A model generated the notes under the pieces. That model searched no databases and was not told the DNA's origin. It saw only the letters and a list, made by a program, of their open reading frames with translations. From positions 1-40,870 of IMG/VR virus record IMGVR_UViG_2651869533_000044: a stretch of 40,870 nucleotides of DNA; one strand, given 5' to 3'. Shown here piece after piece: positions 40,826-40,870 of the stretch (positions are counted from its first letter, which is position 1; each line of letters begins with the position of its first letter). The DNA comes from a virus. The position numbers and the translations under genes were made by a program.

Positions 40826-40870
40826 AAAATCCTTATAAAATCAACATCTTCGGAATAGTATCCATTTGAA
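40770..40870. repeat. 101-bp terminal direct repeat (copy 2)
   Basis: Identical to bases 1-101. Confidence 0.9.

Overview
The window is a complete tailed-phage genome of about 40.77 kb, assembled as a circle: bases 1-101 recur exactly at 40770-40870. It is AT-rich and almost all genes lie on the minus strand, with many ATGA/TAATG start-stop overlaps. The structural gene order is T7-like: portal, scaffold, capsid, decoration, tubular A/B, internal proteins, then seven fibre-like genes. I could not recognise a phage DNA or RNA polymerase, helicase/primase, tyrosine integrase or endolysin. Replication and recombination genes are a winged-helix initiator, RecT plus a PD-(D/E)XK nuclease, and RusA. 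Four things stand out. (1) The major capsid gene is split into three exons by two related group I introns, and one intron carries a LAGLIDADG homing endonuclease on the opposite strand. (2) A 2.9-kb almost ORF-free island (6917-9861) is bracketed by 21-bp iteron-like repeats. Inside it, five in-register (GGCNN)n pentamer arrays joined by conserved GNRA-hairpin linkers flank a single ORF whose C-terminus fits the RAMP glycine-rich loop. I consider this the best candidate for an undescribed RNA-protein system. (3) An RNA-repair cluster holds tRNA-Gln(UUG), RtcB, a metallophosphoesterase and a DraRnl-type RNA ligase. (4) A 78-aa protein ends in an SSB-like acidic tip (..EEIPF). All functional calls come from motif recognition by eye; no searches were run.
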